Shown here in pieces: positions 10,100 to 22,275 of a DNA stretch of 64,000 nt. The stretch's first letter is position 1; each line of letters begins with the position of its first letter. Position numbers and translations under genes: made by a program. Below the pieces are notes generated by a model that made no database searches, was not told where the DNA came from, and worked only from the letters and a program-made list of their open reading frames with translations. Origin of the DNA: Perkinsela sp. CCAP 1560/9 (taxonomy: Eukaryota; Protista; Euglenozoa: Kinetoplastea); contig CBFFSA010000002.1 of the NCBI GenBank assembly GCA_965644495.1, positions 310,001 to 374,000 on the forward strand, read 5' to 3'.

Positions 10100-10528
10100 T
10101 TAGAAGCGTTCGCCGCGGAGACGGCGGGCGAGCTGGACGTCCTTCGGCATGATGGTTACCCGGCGACCGTGGATAGCGCACAGACAGGTGTCCGCGAACA
10201 AGTTGACCATGTGGGCCTCCGTTGCCTCCTGCATGGCGAGGACGGCGCTGGCTTGGAAACGCAGACCATCTTTGCCGCTGAGAGCAATCTCACGGACCAG
10301 ACGCTGGAAGGGAAGCTTGCGGAGGAGAAGTTCAGTGCCCTTCTGGTACTTTTTGATGTCACGGAGGGCAACGGTCCCCGGGCGAAAGCGGTGGGGCTTC
10401 TTGGTGCCACTGGAGCCGCTGGACGCTTTCTTCGCCTTGGAAGAGCTTGTCTTCTTGCCCTTGGAGGCGAGACCGGCGCGTGGTACCTTCCCCGTAGACT
10501 TACGAGACGATTCCTTGGTGCGAGCCAT
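10100..10528 (-). CDS. H3: Histone H3 (copy 1; GLASKG variant)
   Basis: MARTKE...[13 protein letters not shown]...[11 protein letters not shown]...[16 protein letters not shown]; true ATG at 10528. Confidence 0.97.
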   Translation of the reverse strand: MARTKESSRKSTGKVPRAGLASKGKKTSSSKAKKASSGSSGTKKPHRFRPGTVALRDIKKYQKGTELLLRKLPFQRLVREIALSGKDGLRFQASAVLAMQEATEAHMVNLFADTCLCAIHGRRVTIMPKDVQLARRLRGERF

Positions 10529-10853
10529 GAGTGAAAATGAGGATAGATAGTAAAAATGTCTGGTTTTCAATAGAACAGGTTTCTTCGGTTTGTCACAATA
10601 AATTTTGAAAAGAGGGGCGAGCAATATCAAGAATGTACCTCACATAAGATGGAGCCGGTGCATGCATACATTCTCATAAGGTCATGAATACAGTGTAAAT
10701 CGTACTTGTCCGTCACAGAATGAAACTCACTGCTAAGTATACCTTAATAGTGAACACGACGGCTTTGTACGTTTGAATAACATTTTTTACAACAAAGTTC
10801 ATGACGATCGGATGCTGCACCTCTGCATGCTACCTGGTCGAACCACACAGCAT

Positions 10854-11180
10854 TTAGTGGGAGGCCAACTTGGCGACAGCCTTCGTGCCCTCAGCCATTG
10901 CGTGCTTTGCGAGCTCCGCGGGAAGAGTCAGGCGCACTGCGGTTTGTACTTCGCGGGAAGTCAACGTTTTGGTCTTGTTGAAGCGCGTGAGGGAGGCTGC
11001 CTCGACGGCAAGGCGCTCAAAGATGTCTTGCACGAAAGAGTTCACAACTTTGATCCCTTTGCTACTGAATCCCACGTTTTTGTGGATCTGCTTCAGGGTG
11101 CGGTAGATGTAGGTGTTGAAGGTTTTCTTGGACTTGCGGTGACCAGAGCTCTTCTTTGCGACTTTAGCTGCTTTCGCCAT
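10854..11180 (-). CDS. H2B: Histone H2B (copy 1)
   Basis: [15 protein letters not shown]...[30 protein letters not shown]. Confidence 0.97.
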   Translation of the reverse strand: MAKAAKVAKKSSGHRKSKKTFNTYIYRTLKQIHKNVGFSSKGIKVVNSFVQDIFERLAVEAASLTRFNKTKTLTSREVQTAVRLTLPAELAKHAMAEGTKAVAKLASH

Positions 11181-11400
11181 GTGTTATAAAGTAGAGTAGG
11201 AGAAAAAGAAGGATAAGGGTGAAGAATTGAGGTTACGTAATGAACGGTTTAAGTTTTAGATGTATTAAGAACCGTGGTAAGTATCACCCACGCGATACTC
11301 CACCAGTATCCTAGTATGATATGCGTAATGTCGTTGATTGCATCCGCCGAAACTTCACAAAATGTAGCTCTACTGAGCCAAGGTACATGTCAATACATGC

Positions 11401-11437
11401 CTAGGATGGTGCATAAGAAAGGGAAGCACCATGCTAG
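11401..11437 (-). promoter_or_regulatory. Stem-loop downstream of H2A (7-bp core, 11 of 12 bp extended, 13-nt pyrimidine-rich loop), repeated in each unit
   Basis: mRNA sense CUAGCAUGGUGC-UUCCCUUUCUUAU-GCACCAUCCUAG. Confidence 0.5.
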
Positions 11438-11507
11438 AAGGATCTCACAAGGGTACCGATTGTGTGACGTGACGCGGGACAACGTATTATAACGCACTCA
11501 TTGCACC

Positions 11508-11906
11508 TTACACCTGTTGGCTGCTCGCCTTGCGGGATGCCTTCTTCTTCTTGAGCATGTCGTGAAGGTTGGGAAGTACGCCGCCCTGAGTGAAGGTGAC
11601 GTTGCTTAGCAGCTGAGAAAGCTCCTCGTCGTGACGGACGGCGAGTGTGACGGCACGAGGGGTAATACGCTTCTTGTGGTGCTGGCCCGCAACCTTACCG
11701 GAGAGCTCGAGAAGCTCGGCAGTGAGGTACTCCAACACAGCGGCGAGGTACACCGGGGCGGCGGAGGCCACACGCTTGGTGTAGCGTCCACGGCGGAGCA
11801 TGGAGCCGATGCGGCCCACGGGAAAGATCAGACCCGTCTTCGCGCCACGGCTCTTCTGGCTGCTCTTGGTGCTCTTCGCCTTCTTGCTGCTCTTCGGGGT
11901 AGCCAT
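11508..11906 (-). CDS. H2A: Histone H2A (copy 1)
   Basis: MATPK...GLIFPVGRI...[20 protein letters not shown]...RITPR...GGVLPN; true ATG at 11906. Confidence 0.97.
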   Translation of the reverse strand: MATPKSSKKAKSTKSSQKSRGAKTGLIFPVGRIGSMLRRGRYTKRVASAAPVYLAAVLEYLTAELLELSGKVAGQHHKKRITPRAVTLAVRHDEELSQLLSNVTFTQGGVLPNLHDMLKKKKASRKASSQQV

Positions 11907-12226
11907 AGTGATAGGAATAAGAGAGAAAAGTAATAAGAGTTCTTTCAAAAAATAGTAGTTGTTACGAATGAGTGAATGGACAAAGAAGACGTGATGTATT
12001 GCTTATGAGCGCATTATAGTTTTCTTACGAAGAGTTGATTCATAGGTCAATTGTTTTCTCCAAACGGCGGAATGTTTCAAGCGCTAGTATGATACCAGAG
12101 AAGCAACTCAAGACTCATACGAAAGAAATTGCGCACAGAAATGATTCACGGGGACAGAGAGAGAACCCGACGATTACCCTTGTGGAGATTCAGACCCGTT
12201 GCATCAACATGTGTTCAGTGTCATCC

Positions 12227-12535
12227 TTATGCGTATCCGTACAACATGCGTCCACGCTTGCGGAGAGCGTACACGACGTCGAGAGCAGTGACCGTCTGGC
12301 GCTTGCTGTGCTCAGTGTACGTCACGCTGTCACGGACAACGCCCTCCACGAAAGACTTGAGGATCCCACGGACCTCTTCGTACATGATTCCGCTGATGCG
12401 CTTGACACCACCACGGCGCGCAAGGCGGCGAATTGCGGGCTTTGTGATTCCGCGGATGTTGTCCTTCAATGCCTTCTTTTGGCGTTTCGTGCCGTGTGCG
12501 CCCTTAGCATCACCAGATTTCTTGCCTTTCGCCAT
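12227..12535 (-). CDS. H4: Histone H4 (copy 1)
   Basis: MAKGKK...[21 protein letters not shown]...[12 protein letters not shown]; true ATG at 12535. Confidence 0.97.
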   Translation of the reverse strand: MAKGKKSGDAKGAHGTKRQKKALKDNIRGITKPAIRRLARRGGVKRISGIMYEEVRGILKSFVEGVVRDSVTYTEHSKRQTVTALDVVYALRKRGRMLYGYA

Positions 12536-12869
12536 TTGAAATGAATAGGAAGTAAGATGAAAAAATCTAAAGTACGATAAAAAGAAACTACGTACGAGCG
12601 CCAAGATCCGTCATAATACACAACCATTTCGTTTGTGGAGCGTCGCACACAGTGTGCGTGTGTTTTGCCCCACGACGCCGCTGTGGTCTATGTTGAGGGA
12701 ATGGGAGGTGAAGCATTCATCCTATACCCGATACTACAAATAACATTAATGTCATAGAAAGCATATTAAGGCTTTGTGCAAAAATGAAGGAAATGCACAA
12801 AGAACCTCCGATCGTTGCTGTCGTAGTGGGTATGCGAGGCTTCCCGAACTCAATGGATTTCACAAACGC

Positions 12870-13298
12870 TTAGAAGCGTTCGCCGCGGAGACGGCGGGCG
12901 AGCTGGACGTCCTTCGGCATAATGGTTACCCGGCGACCGTGGATAGCGCACAGACAGGTGTCCGCGAACAAGTTGACCATGTGGGCCTCCGTTGCCTCCT
13001 GCATGGCGAGGACGGCGCTGGCTTGGAAACGCAGACCATCTTTGCCGCTGAGAGCAATCTCACGGACCAGACGCTGGAAGGGAAGCTTGCGGAGGAGAAG
13101 TTCAGTGCCCTTCTGGTACTTTTTGATGTCACGGAGGGCGACGGTCCCCGGGCGAAAGCGGTGGGGTTTCTTGGTGCCACTGGAGCCGCTGGACGCTTTC
13201 TTCGCCTTGGAAGAGCTTGTCTTCTTGCCTTTGGAGACGAGACCAGCGCGTGGTACCTTCCCCGTAGATTTACGAGACGATTCCTTGGTGCGAGCCAT
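12870..13298 (-). CDS. H3: Histone H3 (copy 2)
   Basis: Array copy. Confidence 0.97.
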   Translation of the reverse strand: MARTKESSRKSTGKVPRAGLVSKGKKTSSSKAKKASSGSSGTKKPHRFRPGTVALRDIKKYQKGTELLLRKLPFQRLVREIALSGKDGLRFQASAVLAMQEATEAHMVNLFADTCLCAIHGRRVTIMPKDVQLARRLRGERF

Positions 13299-13629
13299 GA
13301 GTGAAAATGAGGATAGATAGTAAAAATGTCTGGTTTTCAATAGAACAGGTTTCTTCGGTTTGTCACAATAAATTTTGAAAAGAGGGGCGAGCAATATCAA
13401 GAATGTACCTCACATAAGATGGAGCCGGTGCATGCATACATTCTCATAAGGTCATGAATACAGTGTAAATCGTACTTGTCCGTCACAGAATGAAACTCAC
13501 TGCTAAGTATACCTTAATAGTGAACACGACGGCTTTGTACGTTTGAATAACATTTTTTACAACAAAGTTCGAACAAATGACGATCGGATGCTGCACCTCT
13601 GCATGCTACCTGGTCGAACCACACAGCAT

Positions 13630-13956
13630 TTAGTGGGAGGCCAACTTGGCGACAGCCTTCGTGCCCTCAGCCATTGCGTGCTTTGCGAGCTCCGCGGGAA
13701 GAGTCAGGCGCACTGCGGTTTGTACTTCGCGGGAAGTCAACGTTTTGGTCTTGTTGAAGCGCGTGAGGGAGGCTGCCTCGACGGCAAGGCGCTCAAAGAT
13801 GTCTTGCACGAAAGAGTTCACAACTTTGATCCCTTTGCTACTGAATCCCACGTTTTTGTGGATCTGCTTCAGGGTGCGGTAGATGTAGGTGTTGAAGGTT
13901 TTCTTGGACTTGCGGTGACCAGAGCTCTTCTTTGCGACTTTAGCTGCTTTCGCCAT
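13630..13956 (-). CDS. H2B: Histone H2B (copy 2)
   Basis: Array copy. Confidence 0.97.
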   Translation of the reverse strand: MAKAAKVAKKSSGHRKSKKTFNTYIYRTLKQIHKNVGFSSKGIKVVNSFVQDIFERLAVEAASLTRFNKTKTLTSREVQTAVRLTLPAELAKHAMAEGTKAVAKLASH

Positions 13957-14280
13957 GTGTTATAAAGTAGAGTAGGAGAAAAAGAAGGATAAGGGTGAAG
14001 AATTGAGGTTACGTAATGAACGGTTTAAGTTTTACATGTATTGAGAACCGTGGTAAGTATCACCCACGCGATACTCCACCAGTATCCTAGTATGATGTGC
14101 GCAATGTCGTTGATTGCATCCGCCGAAACTTCACAAAATGTAGCTCTACTGAGCCAAGGTACATGTCAATACATGCCTAGGATGGTGCATAAGAAAGGGA
14201 AGCACCATGCTAGAAGGATCTCACAAGGGTACCGATTGTGTGACGTGACGCGGGACGTATTATAACGCACTCATTGCACC

Positions 14281-14679
14281 TTACACCTGTTGGCTGCTCG
14301 CCTTGCGGGATGCCTTCTTCTTCTTGAGCATGTCGTGAAGGTTGGGAAGTACGCCGCCCTGAGTGAAGGTGACGTTGCTTAGCAGCTGAGAAAGCTCCTC
14401 GTCGTGACGGACGGCGAGTGTGACGGCACGAGGGGTAATACGCTTCTTATGGTGCTGGCCCGCAACCTTACCGGAGAGCTCGAGAAGCTCGGCAGTGAGG
14501 TACTCCAACACAGCGGCGAGGTACACCGGGGCGGCGGAGGCCACACGCTTGGTGTAGCGTCCACGGCGGAGCATGGAGCCGATGCGGCCCACGGGAAAGA
14601 TCAGACCCGTCTTCGCGCCACGGCTCTTCTGGCTGCTCTTGGTGCTCTTCGCCTTCTTGCTGCTCTTCGGGGTAGCCAT
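14281..14679 (-). CDS. H2A: Histone H2A (copy 2)
   Basis: Array copy. Confidence 0.97.
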   Translation of the reverse strand: MATPKSSKKAKSTKSSQKSRGAKTGLIFPVGRIGSMLRRGRYTKRVASAAPVYLAAVLEYLTAELLELSGKVAGQHHKKRITPRAVTLAVRHDEELSQLLSNVTFTQGGVLPNLHDMLKKKKASRKASSQQV

Positions 14680-14999
14680 AGTGATAGGAATAAGAGAGAA
14701 AAGTAATAAGAGTTCTTTCAAAAAATAGTAGTTGTTACGAATGAGTGAATGGACAAATAAGACGTGATGTATTGCTTATGAGCGCATTATAGTTTTCTTA
14801 CGAAGAGTTGATTCATAGGTCAATTGTTTTCTCCAAACGGCGGAATGTTTCAAGCGCTAGTATGATACCAGAGAAGCAACTCAAGACTCATACGAAAGAA
14901 ATTGCGCACAGAAATGATTCACGGGGACAGAGAGAGAACCCGACGATTACCCTTGTGGAGATTCAGACCCATTGCATCAACATGTGTTCAGTGTCATCC

Positions 15000-15308
15000 T
15001 TATGCGTATCCGTACAACATGCGTCCACGCTTGCGGAGAGCGTACACGACGTCGAGAGCAGTGACCGTCTGGCGCTTGCTGTGCTCAGTGTACGTCACGC
15101 TGTCACGGACAACGCCCTCCACGAAAGACTTGAGGATCCCACGGACCTCTTCGTACATGATTCCGCTGATGCGCTTGACACCACCACGGCGCGCAAGGCG
15201 GCAAATTGCGGGCTTTGTGATTCCGCGGATGTTGTCCTTCAATGCCTTCTTTTGGCGTTTCGTGCCGTGTGCGCCCTTAGCATCACCAGATTTCTTGCCT
15301 TTCGCCAT
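15000..15308 (-). CDS. H4: Histone H4 (copy 2; R>C in PAICRLA)
   Basis: Array copy; substitution at 15203. Confidence 0.96.
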   Translation of the reverse strand: MAKGKKSGDAKGAHGTKRQKKALKDNIRGITKPAICRLARRGGVKRISGIMYEEVRGILKSFVEGVVRDSVTYTEHSKRQTVTALDVVYALRKRGRMLYGYA

Positions 15309-15642
15309 TTGAAATGAATAGGAAGTAAGATGAAAAAATCTAAAGTACGATAAAAAGAAACTACGTACGAGCGCCAAGATCCGTCATAATACACAACCAT
15401 TTCGTTTGTGGAGCGTCGCACACAGTGTGCGTGTGTTTTGCCCCACGACGCCGCTGTGGTCTATGTTGAGGGAATGGGAGGTGAAGCATTCATTCTATAC
15501 CCGATACTACAAATAACATTAATGTCATAGAAAGCATATTAAGGCTTTGTGCAAAAATGAAGGAAATGCACAAAGAACCTCAGATCGTTGCTGTCGTAGT
15601 GGGTATGCGAGGCTTCCCGAACTCAATGGATTTCACAAACGC

Positions 15643-16071
15643 TTAGAAGCGTTCGCCGCGGAGACGGCGGGCGAGCTGGACGTCCTTCGGCATGATGGTT
15701 ACCCGGCGACCGTGGATAGCGCACAGACAGGTGTCCGCGAACAAGTTGACCATGTGGGCCTCCGTTGCCTCCTGCATGGCGAGGACGGCGCTGGCTTGGA
15801 AACGCAGACCATCTTTGCCGCTGAGAGCAATCTCACGGACCAGACGCTGGAAGGGAAGCTTGCGGAGGAGAAGTTCAGTGCCCTTCTGGTACTTTTTGAT
15901 GTCACGGAGGGCGACGGTCCCCGGGCGAAAGCGGTGGGGTTTCTTGGTGCCACTGGAGCCGCTGGACGCTTTCTTCGCCTTGGAAGAGCTTGTCTTCTTG
16001 CCTTTGGAGACGAGACCAGCGCGTGGTACCTTCCCCGTAGATTTACGAGACGATTCCTTGGTGCGAGCCAT
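15643..16071 (-). CDS. H3: Histone H3 (copy 3)
   Basis: Array copy. Confidence 0.97.
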   Translation of the reverse strand: MARTKESSRKSTGKVPRAGLVSKGKKTSSSKAKKASSGSSGTKKPHRFRPGTVALRDIKKYQKGTELLLRKLPFQRLVREIALSGKDGLRFQASAVLAMQEATEAHMVNLFADTCLCAIHGRRVTIMPKDVQLARRLRGERF

Positions 16072-16402
16072 GAGTGAAAATGAGGATAGATAGTAAAAAT
16101 GTCTGGTTTTCAATAGAACAGGTTTCTTCGGTTTGTCACAATAAATTTTGAAAAGAGGGGTGAGCAATATCAAGAATGTACCTCACATAAGATGGAGCCG
16201 GTGCATGCATGCATTCTCATAGTGTCATGAATACAGTGTAAATCGTACTTGTCCGTCACAGAATGAAACTCACTGCTAAGTATACCTTAATAGTGAACAC
16301 GACGGCTTTGTACGTTTGAATAACATTTTTTACAACAAAGTTCGAACAAATGACGATCGGATGCTGCACCTCTGCATGCTACCTGGTCGAACCACACAGC
16401 AT

Positions 16403-16729
16403 TTAGTGGGAGGCCAACTTGGCGACAGCCTTCGTTCCCTCAGCCATTGCGTGCTTTGCGAGCTCCGCGGGAAGAGTCAGGCGCACTGCGGTTTGTACTT
16501 CGCGGGAAGTCAACGTTTTGGTCTTGTTGAAGCGCGTGAGGGAGGCTGCCTCGACGGCAAGGCGCTCAAAGATGTCTTGCACGAAAGAGTTCACAACTTT
16601 GATCCCTTTGCTGCTGAATCCCACGTTTTTGTGGATCTGCTTCAGGGTGCGGTAGATGTAGGTGTTGAAGGTCTTCTTGGACTTGCGGTGACCAGAGCTC
16701 TTCTTTGCGACTTTAGCTGCTTTCGCCAT
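16403..16729 (-). CDS. H2B: Histone H2B (copy 3)
   Basis: Array copy. Confidence 0.97.
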   Translation of the reverse strand: MAKAAKVAKKSSGHRKSKKTFNTYIYRTLKQIHKNVGFSSKGIKVVNSFVQDIFERLAVEAASLTRFNKTKTLTSREVQTAVRLTLPAELAKHAMAEGTKAVAKLASH

Positions 16730-17053
16730 GTGTTATAAAGTAGAGTAGGAGAAAAAGAAGGATAAGGGCGAAGAATTGAGGTTACGTAATGAACGGTTTA
16801 AGTTTTACATGTATTGAGAACCGTGGTAAGTATCACCCACGCGATACTCCACCAGTATCCTAGTATGATGTGCGCAATGTCGTTGATTGCATCCGCCGAA
16901 ACTTCACAAAATGTAGCTCTACTGAGCCAAGGTACATGTCAATACATGCCTAGGATGGTGCATAAGAAAGGGAAGCACCATGCTAGAAGGATCTCACAAG
17001 GGTACCGATTGTGTGACGTGACGCGGGACGTATTATAACGCACTCATTGCACC

Positions 17054-17452
17054 TTACACCTGTTGGCTGCTCGCCTTGCGGGATGCCTTCTTCTTCTTGA
17101 GCATGTCGTGAAGGTTGGGAAGTACGCCGCCCTGAGTGAAGGTGACGTTGCTTAGCAGCTGAGAAAGCTCCTCGTCGTGACGGACGGCGAGTGTGACGGC
17201 ACGAGGGGTAATACGCTTCTTATGGTGCTGGCCCGCAACCTTACCGGAGAGCTCGAGAAGCTCGGCAGTGAGGTACTCCAACACAGCGGCGAGGTACACC
17301 GGGGCGGCGGAGGCCACACGCTTGGTGTAGCGTCCACGGCGGAGCATGGAGCCGATGCGGCCCACGGGAAAGATCAGACCCGTCTTCGCGCCACGGCTCT
17401 TCTGGCTGCTCTTGATGCTCTTCGCCTTCTTGCTGCTCTTCGGGGTAGCCAT
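17054..17452 (-). CDS. H2A: Histone H2A (copy 3; KSIKSS allele)
   Basis: Array copy. Confidence 0.97.
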   Translation of the reverse strand: MATPKSSKKAKSIKSSQKSRGAKTGLIFPVGRIGSMLRRGRYTKRVASAAPVYLAAVLEYLTAELLELSGKVAGQHHKKRITPRAVTLAVRHDEELSQLLSNVTFTQGGVLPNLHDMLKKKKASRKASSQQV

Positions 17453-17772
17453 AGTGATAGGAATAAGAGAGAAAAGTAATAAGAGTTCTTTCAAAAAATA
17501 GTAGTTGTTACGAATGAGTGAATGGACAAATAAGACGTGATGTATTGCTTATGAGCGCATTATAGTTTTCTTACGAAGAGTTGATTCATAGGTCAATTGT
17601 TTTCTCCAAACGGCGGAATGTTTCAAGCGCTAGTATGATACCAGAGAAGCAACTCAAGACTCATACGAAAGAAATTGCGCACAGAAATGATTCACGGGGA
17701 CAGAGAGAGAACCCGACGATTACCCTTGTGGAGATTCAGACCCGTTGCATCAACATGTGTTCAGTGTCATCC

Positions 17773-18081
17773 TTATGCGTATCCGTACAACATGCGTCCA
17801 CGCTTGCGGAGAGCGTACACGACGTCGAGAGCAGTGACCGTCTGGCGCTTGCTGTGCTCAGTGTACGTCACGCTGTCACGGACAACGCCCTCCACGAAAG
17901 ACTTGAGGATCCCACGGACCTCTTCGTACATGATTCCGCTGATGCGCTTGACACCACCACGGCGCGCAAGGCGGCGAATTGCGGGCTTTGTGATTCCGCG
18001 GATGTTGTCCTTCAATGCCTTCTTTTGGCGTTTCGTGCCGTGTGCGCCCTTAGCATCACCAGATTTCTTGCCTTTCGCCAT
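17773..18081 (-). CDS. H4: Histone H4 (copy 3)
   Basis: Array copy. Confidence 0.97.
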   Translation of the reverse strand: MAKGKKSGDAKGAHGTKRQKKALKDNIRGITKPAIRRLARRGGVKRISGIMYEEVRGILKSFVEGVVRDSVTYTEHSKRQTVTALDVVYALRKRGRMLYGYA

Positions 18082-18415
18082 TTGAAATGAATAGGAAGTA
18101 AGATGAAAAAATCTAAAGTACGATAAAAAGAAACTACGTACGAGCGCCAAGATCCGTCATAATACACAACCATTTCGTTTGTGGAGCGTCGCACACAGTG
18201 TGCGTGTGTTTTGCCCCACGACGCCGCTGTGGTCTATGTTGAGGGAATGGGAGGTGAAGCATTCATTCTATACCCGATACTACAAATAACATTAATGTCA
18301 TAGAAAGCATATTAAGGCTTTGTGCAAAAATGAAGGAAATGCACAAAGAACCTCAGATCGTTGCTGTCGTAGTGGGTATGCGAGGCTTCCCGAACTCAAT
18401 GGATTTCACAAACGC

Positions 18416-18844
18416 TTAGAAGCGTTCGCCGCGGAGACGGCGGGCGAGCTGGACGTCCTTCGGCATGATGGTTACCCGGCGACCGTGGATAGCGCACAGA
18501 CAGGTGTCCGCGAACAAGTTGACCATGTGGGCCTCCGTTGCCTCCTGCATGGCGAGGACGGCGCTGGCTTGGAAACGCAGACCATCTTTGCCGCTGAGAG
18601 CAATCTCACGGACCAGACGCTGGAAGGGAAGCTTGCGGAGGAGAAGTTCAGTGCCCTTCTGGTACTTTTTGATGTCACGGAGGGCAACGGTCCCCGGGCG
18701 AAAGCGGTGGGGTTTCTTGGTGCCACTGGAGCCGCTGGACGCTTTCTTCGCCTTGGAAGAGCTTGTCTTCTTGCCTTTGGAGACGAGACCAGCGCGTGGT
18801 ACCTTCCCCGTAGATTTACGAGACGATTCCTTGGTGCGAGCCAT
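18416..18844 (-). CDS. H3: Histone H3 (copy 4)
   Basis: Array copy. Confidence 0.97.
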   Translation of the reverse strand: MARTKESSRKSTGKVPRAGLVSKGKKTSSSKAKKASSGSSGTKKPHRFRPGTVALRDIKKYQKGTELLLRKLPFQRLVREIALSGKDGLRFQASAVLAMQEATEAHMVNLFADTCLCAIHGRRVTIMPKDVQLARRLRGERF

Positions 18845-19175
18845 GAGTGAAAATGAGGATAGATAGTAAAAATGTCTGGTTTTCAATAGAACAGGTTTCT
18901 TCGGTTTGTCACAATAAATTTTGAAAAGAGGGGTGAGCAATATCAAGAATGTACCTCACATAAGATGGAGCCGGTGCATGCATGCATTCTCATAGTGTCA
19001 TGAATACAGTGTAAATCGTACTTGTCCGTCACAGAATGAAACTCACTGCTAAGTATACCTTAATAGTGAACACGACGGCTTTGTACGTTTGAATAACATT
19101 TTTTACAACAAAGTTCGAACAAATGACGATCGGATGCTGCACCTCTGCATGCTACCTGGTCGAACCACACAGCAT

Positions 19176-19502
19176 TTAGTGGGAGGCCAACTTGGCGACA
19201 GCCTTCGTGCCCTCAGCCATTGCGTGCTTTGCGAGCTCCGCGGGAAGAGTCAGGCGCACTGCGGTTTGTACTTCGCGGGAAGTCAACGTTTTGGTCTTGT
19301 TGAAGCGCGTGAGGGAGGCTGCCTCGACGGCAAGGCGCTCAAAGATGTCCTGCACGAAAGAGTTCACAACTTTGATCCCTTTGCTGCTGAATCCCACGTT
19401 TTTGTGGATCTGCTTCAGGGTGCGGTAGATGTAGGTGTTGAAGGTCTTCTTGGACTTGCGGTGACCAGAGCTCTTCTTTGCGACTTTAGCTGCTTTCGCC
19501 AT
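19176..19502 (-). CDS. H2B: Histone H2B (copy 4)
   Basis: Array copy. Confidence 0.97.
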   Translation of the reverse strand: MAKAAKVAKKSSGHRKSKKTFNTYIYRTLKQIHKNVGFSSKGIKVVNSFVQDIFERLAVEAASLTRFNKTKTLTSREVQTAVRLTLPAELAKHAMAEGTKAVAKLASH

Positions 19503-19826
19503 GTGTTATAAAGTAGAGTAGGAGAAAAAGAAGGATAAGGGCGAAGAATTGAGGTTACGTAATGAACGGTTTAAGTTTTACATGTATTGAGAACCGTGGT
19601 AAGTATCACCCACGCGATACTCCACCAGTATCCTAGTATGATGTGCGCAATGTCGTTGATTGCATCCGCCGAAACTTCACAAAATGTAGCTCTACTGAGC
19701 CAAGGTACATGTCAATACATGCCTAGGATGGTGCATAAGAAAGGGAAGCACCATGCTAGAAGGATCTCACAAGGGTACCGATTGTGTGACGTGACGCGGG
19801 ACGTATTATAACGCACTCATTGCACC

Positions 19827-20225
19827 TTACACCTGTTGGCTGCTCGCCTTGCGGGATGCCTTCTTCTTCTTGAGCATGTCGTGAAGGTTGGGAAGTACGC
19901 CGCCCTGAGTGAAGGTGACGTTGCTTAGCAGCTGGGAAAGCTCCTCGTCGTGACGGACGGCGAGTGTGACGGCACGAGGGGTAATACGCTTCTTGTGGTG
20001 CTGGCCCGCAACCTTACCGGAGAGCTCGAGAAGCTCGGCAGTGAGGTACTCCAACACAGCGGCGAGGTACACCGGGGCGGCGGAGGCCACACGCTTGGTG
20101 TAGCGTCCACGGCGGAGCATGGAGCCGATGCGGCCCACGGGAAAGATCAGACCCGTCTTCGCGCCACGGCTCTTCTGGCTGCTCTTGATGCTCTTCGCCT
20201 TCTTGCTGCTCTTCGGGGTAGCCAT
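19827..20225 (-). CDS. H2A: Histone H2A (copy 4; KSIKSS allele)
   Basis: Array copy. Confidence 0.97.
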   Translation of the reverse strand: MATPKSSKKAKSIKSSQKSRGAKTGLIFPVGRIGSMLRRGRYTKRVASAAPVYLAAVLEYLTAELLELSGKVAGQHHKKRITPRAVTLAVRHDEELSQLLSNVTFTQGGVLPNLHDMLKKKKASRKASSQQV

Positions 20226-20545
20226 AGTGATAGGAATAAGAGAGAAAAGTAATAAGAGTTCTTTCAAAAAATAGTAGTTGTTACGAATGAGTGAATGGAC
20301 AAATAAGACGTGATGTATTGCTTATGAGCGCATTATAGTTTTCTTACGAAGAGTTGATTCATAGGTCAATTGTTTTCTCCAAACGGCGGAATGTTTCAAG
20401 CGCTAGTATGATACCAGAGAAGCAACTCAAGACTCATACGAAAGAAATTGCGCACAGAAATGATTCACGGGGACAGAGAGAGAACCCGACGATTACCCTT
20501 GTGGAGATTCAGACCCGTTGCATCAACATGTGTTCAGTGTCATCC

Positions 20546-20854
20546 TTATGCGTATCCGTACAACATGCGTCCACGCTTGCGGAGAGCGTACACGACGTCG
20601 AGAGCAGTGACCGTCTGGCGCTTGCTGTGCTCAGTGTACGTCACGCTGTCACGGACAACGCCCTCCACGAAAGACTTGAGGATCCCACGGACCTCTTCGT
20701 ACATGATTCCGCTGATGCGCTTGACACCACCACGGCGCGCAAGGCGGCGAATTGCGGGCTTTGTGATTCCGCGGATGTTGTCCTTCAATGCCTTCTTTTG
20801 GCGTTTCGTGCCGTGTGCGCCCTTAGCATCACCAGATTTCTTGCCTTTCGCCAT
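20546..20854 (-). CDS. H4: Histone H4 (copy 4)
   Basis: Array copy. Confidence 0.97.
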   Translation of the reverse strand: MAKGKKSGDAKGAHGTKRQKKALKDNIRGITKPAIRRLARRGGVKRISGIMYEEVRGILKSFVEGVVRDSVTYTEHSKRQTVTALDVVYALRKRGRMLYGYA

Positions 20855-21188
20855 TTGAAATGAATAGGAAGTAAGATGAAAAAATCTAAAGTACGATAAA
20901 AAGAAACTACGTACGAGCGCCAAGATCCGTCATAATACACAACCATTTCGTTTGTGGAGCGTCGCACACAGTGTGCGTGTGTTTTGCCCCACGACGCCGC
21001 TGTGGTCTATGTTGAGGGAATGGGAGGTGAAGCATTCATCCTATACCCGATACTACAAATAACATTAATGTCATAGAAAGCATATTAAGGCTTTGTGCAA
21101 AAATGAAGGAAATGCACAAAGAACCTCAGATCGTTGCTGTCGTAGTGGGTATGCGAGGCTTCCCGAACTCAATGGATTTCACAAACGC

Positions 21189-21617
21189 TTAGAAGCGTTC
21201 GCCGCGGAGACGGCGGGCGAGCTGGACGTCCTTCGGCATGATGGTTACCCGGCGACCGTGGATAGCGCACAGACAGGTGTCCGCGAACAAGTTGACCATG
21301 TGGGCCTCCGTTGCCTCCTGCATGGCGAGGACGGCGCTGGCTTGGAAACGCAGACCATCTTTGCCGCTGAGAGCAATCTCACGGACCAGACGCTGGAAGG
21401 GAAGCTTGCGGAGGAGAAGTTCAGTGCCCTTCTGGTACTTTTTGATGTCACGGAGGGCAACGGTCCCCGGGCGAAAGCGGTGGGGTTTCTTGGTGCCACT
21501 GGAGCCGCTGGACGCTTTCTTCGCCTTGGAAGAGCTTGTCTTCTTGCCTTTGGAGACGAGACCAGCGCGTGGTACCTTCCCCGTAGATTTACGAGACGAT
21601 TCCTTGGTGCGAGCCAT
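21189..21617 (-). CDS. H3: Histone H3 (copy 5)
   Basis: Array copy. Confidence 0.97.
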   Translation of the reverse strand: MARTKESSRKSTGKVPRAGLVSKGKKTSSSKAKKASSGSSGTKKPHRFRPGTVALRDIKKYQKGTELLLRKLPFQRLVREIALSGKDGLRFQASAVLAMQEATEAHMVNLFADTCLCAIHGRRVTIMPKDVQLARRLRGERF

Positions 21618-21948
21618 GAGTGAAAATGAGGATAGATAGTAAAAATGTCTGGTTTTCAATAGAACAGGTTTCTTCGGTTTGTCACAATAAATTTTGAAAA
21701 GAGGGGTGAGCAATATCAAGAATGTACCTCACATAAGATGGAGCCGGTGCATGCATGCATTCTCATAGTGTCATGAATACAGTGTAAATCGTACTTGTCC
21801 GTCACAGAATGAAACTCACTGCTAAGTATACCTTAATAGTGAACACGACGGCTTTGTACGTTTGAATAACATTTTTTACAACAAAGTTCGAACAAATGAC
21901 GATCGGATGCTGCACCTCTGCATGCTACCTGGTCGAACCACACAGCAT

Positions 21949-22275
21949 TTAGTGGGAGGCCAACTTGGCGACAGCCTTCGTGCCCTCAGCCATTGCGTGC
22001 TTTGCGAGCTCCGCGGGAAGAGTCAGGCGCACTGCGGTTTGTACTTCGCGGGAAGTCAACGTTTTGGTCTTGTTGAAGCGCGTGAGGGAGGCTGCCTCGA
22101 CGGCAAGGCGCTCAAAGATGTCTTGCACGAAAGAGTTCACAACTTTGATCCCTTTGCTGCTGAATCCCACGTTTTTGTGGATCTGCTTCAGGGTGCGGTA
22201 GATGTAGGTGTTGAAGGTCTTCTTGGACTTGCGGTGACCAGAGCTCTTCTTTGCGACTTTAGCTGCTTTCGCCAT
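21949..22275 (-). CDS. H2B: Histone H2B (copy 5)
   Basis: Array copy. Confidence 0.97.
   Translation of the reverse strand: MAKAAKVAKKSSGHRKSKKTFNTYIYRTLKQIHKNVGFSSKGIKVVNSFVQDIFERLAVEAASLTRFNKTKTLTSREVQTAVRLTLPAELAKHAMAEGTKAVAKLASH

Noticed and set aside
11442-12189. Complementarity between the H2A and H4 3' regions (CACAAGGGTA / TACCCTTGTG)
   Set aside because: A 10-bp inverted match is roughly expected by chance in about 1.3 kb of spacer; the bulged extension to about 14 bp is not enough on its own.
9800-12227. Canonical SLBP-type histone stem-loop, histone H1, 5S rRNA, tRNA or SL RNA gene within the repeat unit
   Set aside because: No GGYYYTTYHRRRCC hairpin, no Lys/Ala-rich H1 ORF, and no recognisable A/B boxes or SL exon were found by eye in the spacers.
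10529-12604. N-terminal extensions on H3, H2A and H4 shown in the ORF track
   Set aside because: They start at TTG codons in pyrimidine-rich UTR sequence and are broken by indels in some units; the conserved starts are MARTK, MATPK and MAKGK.
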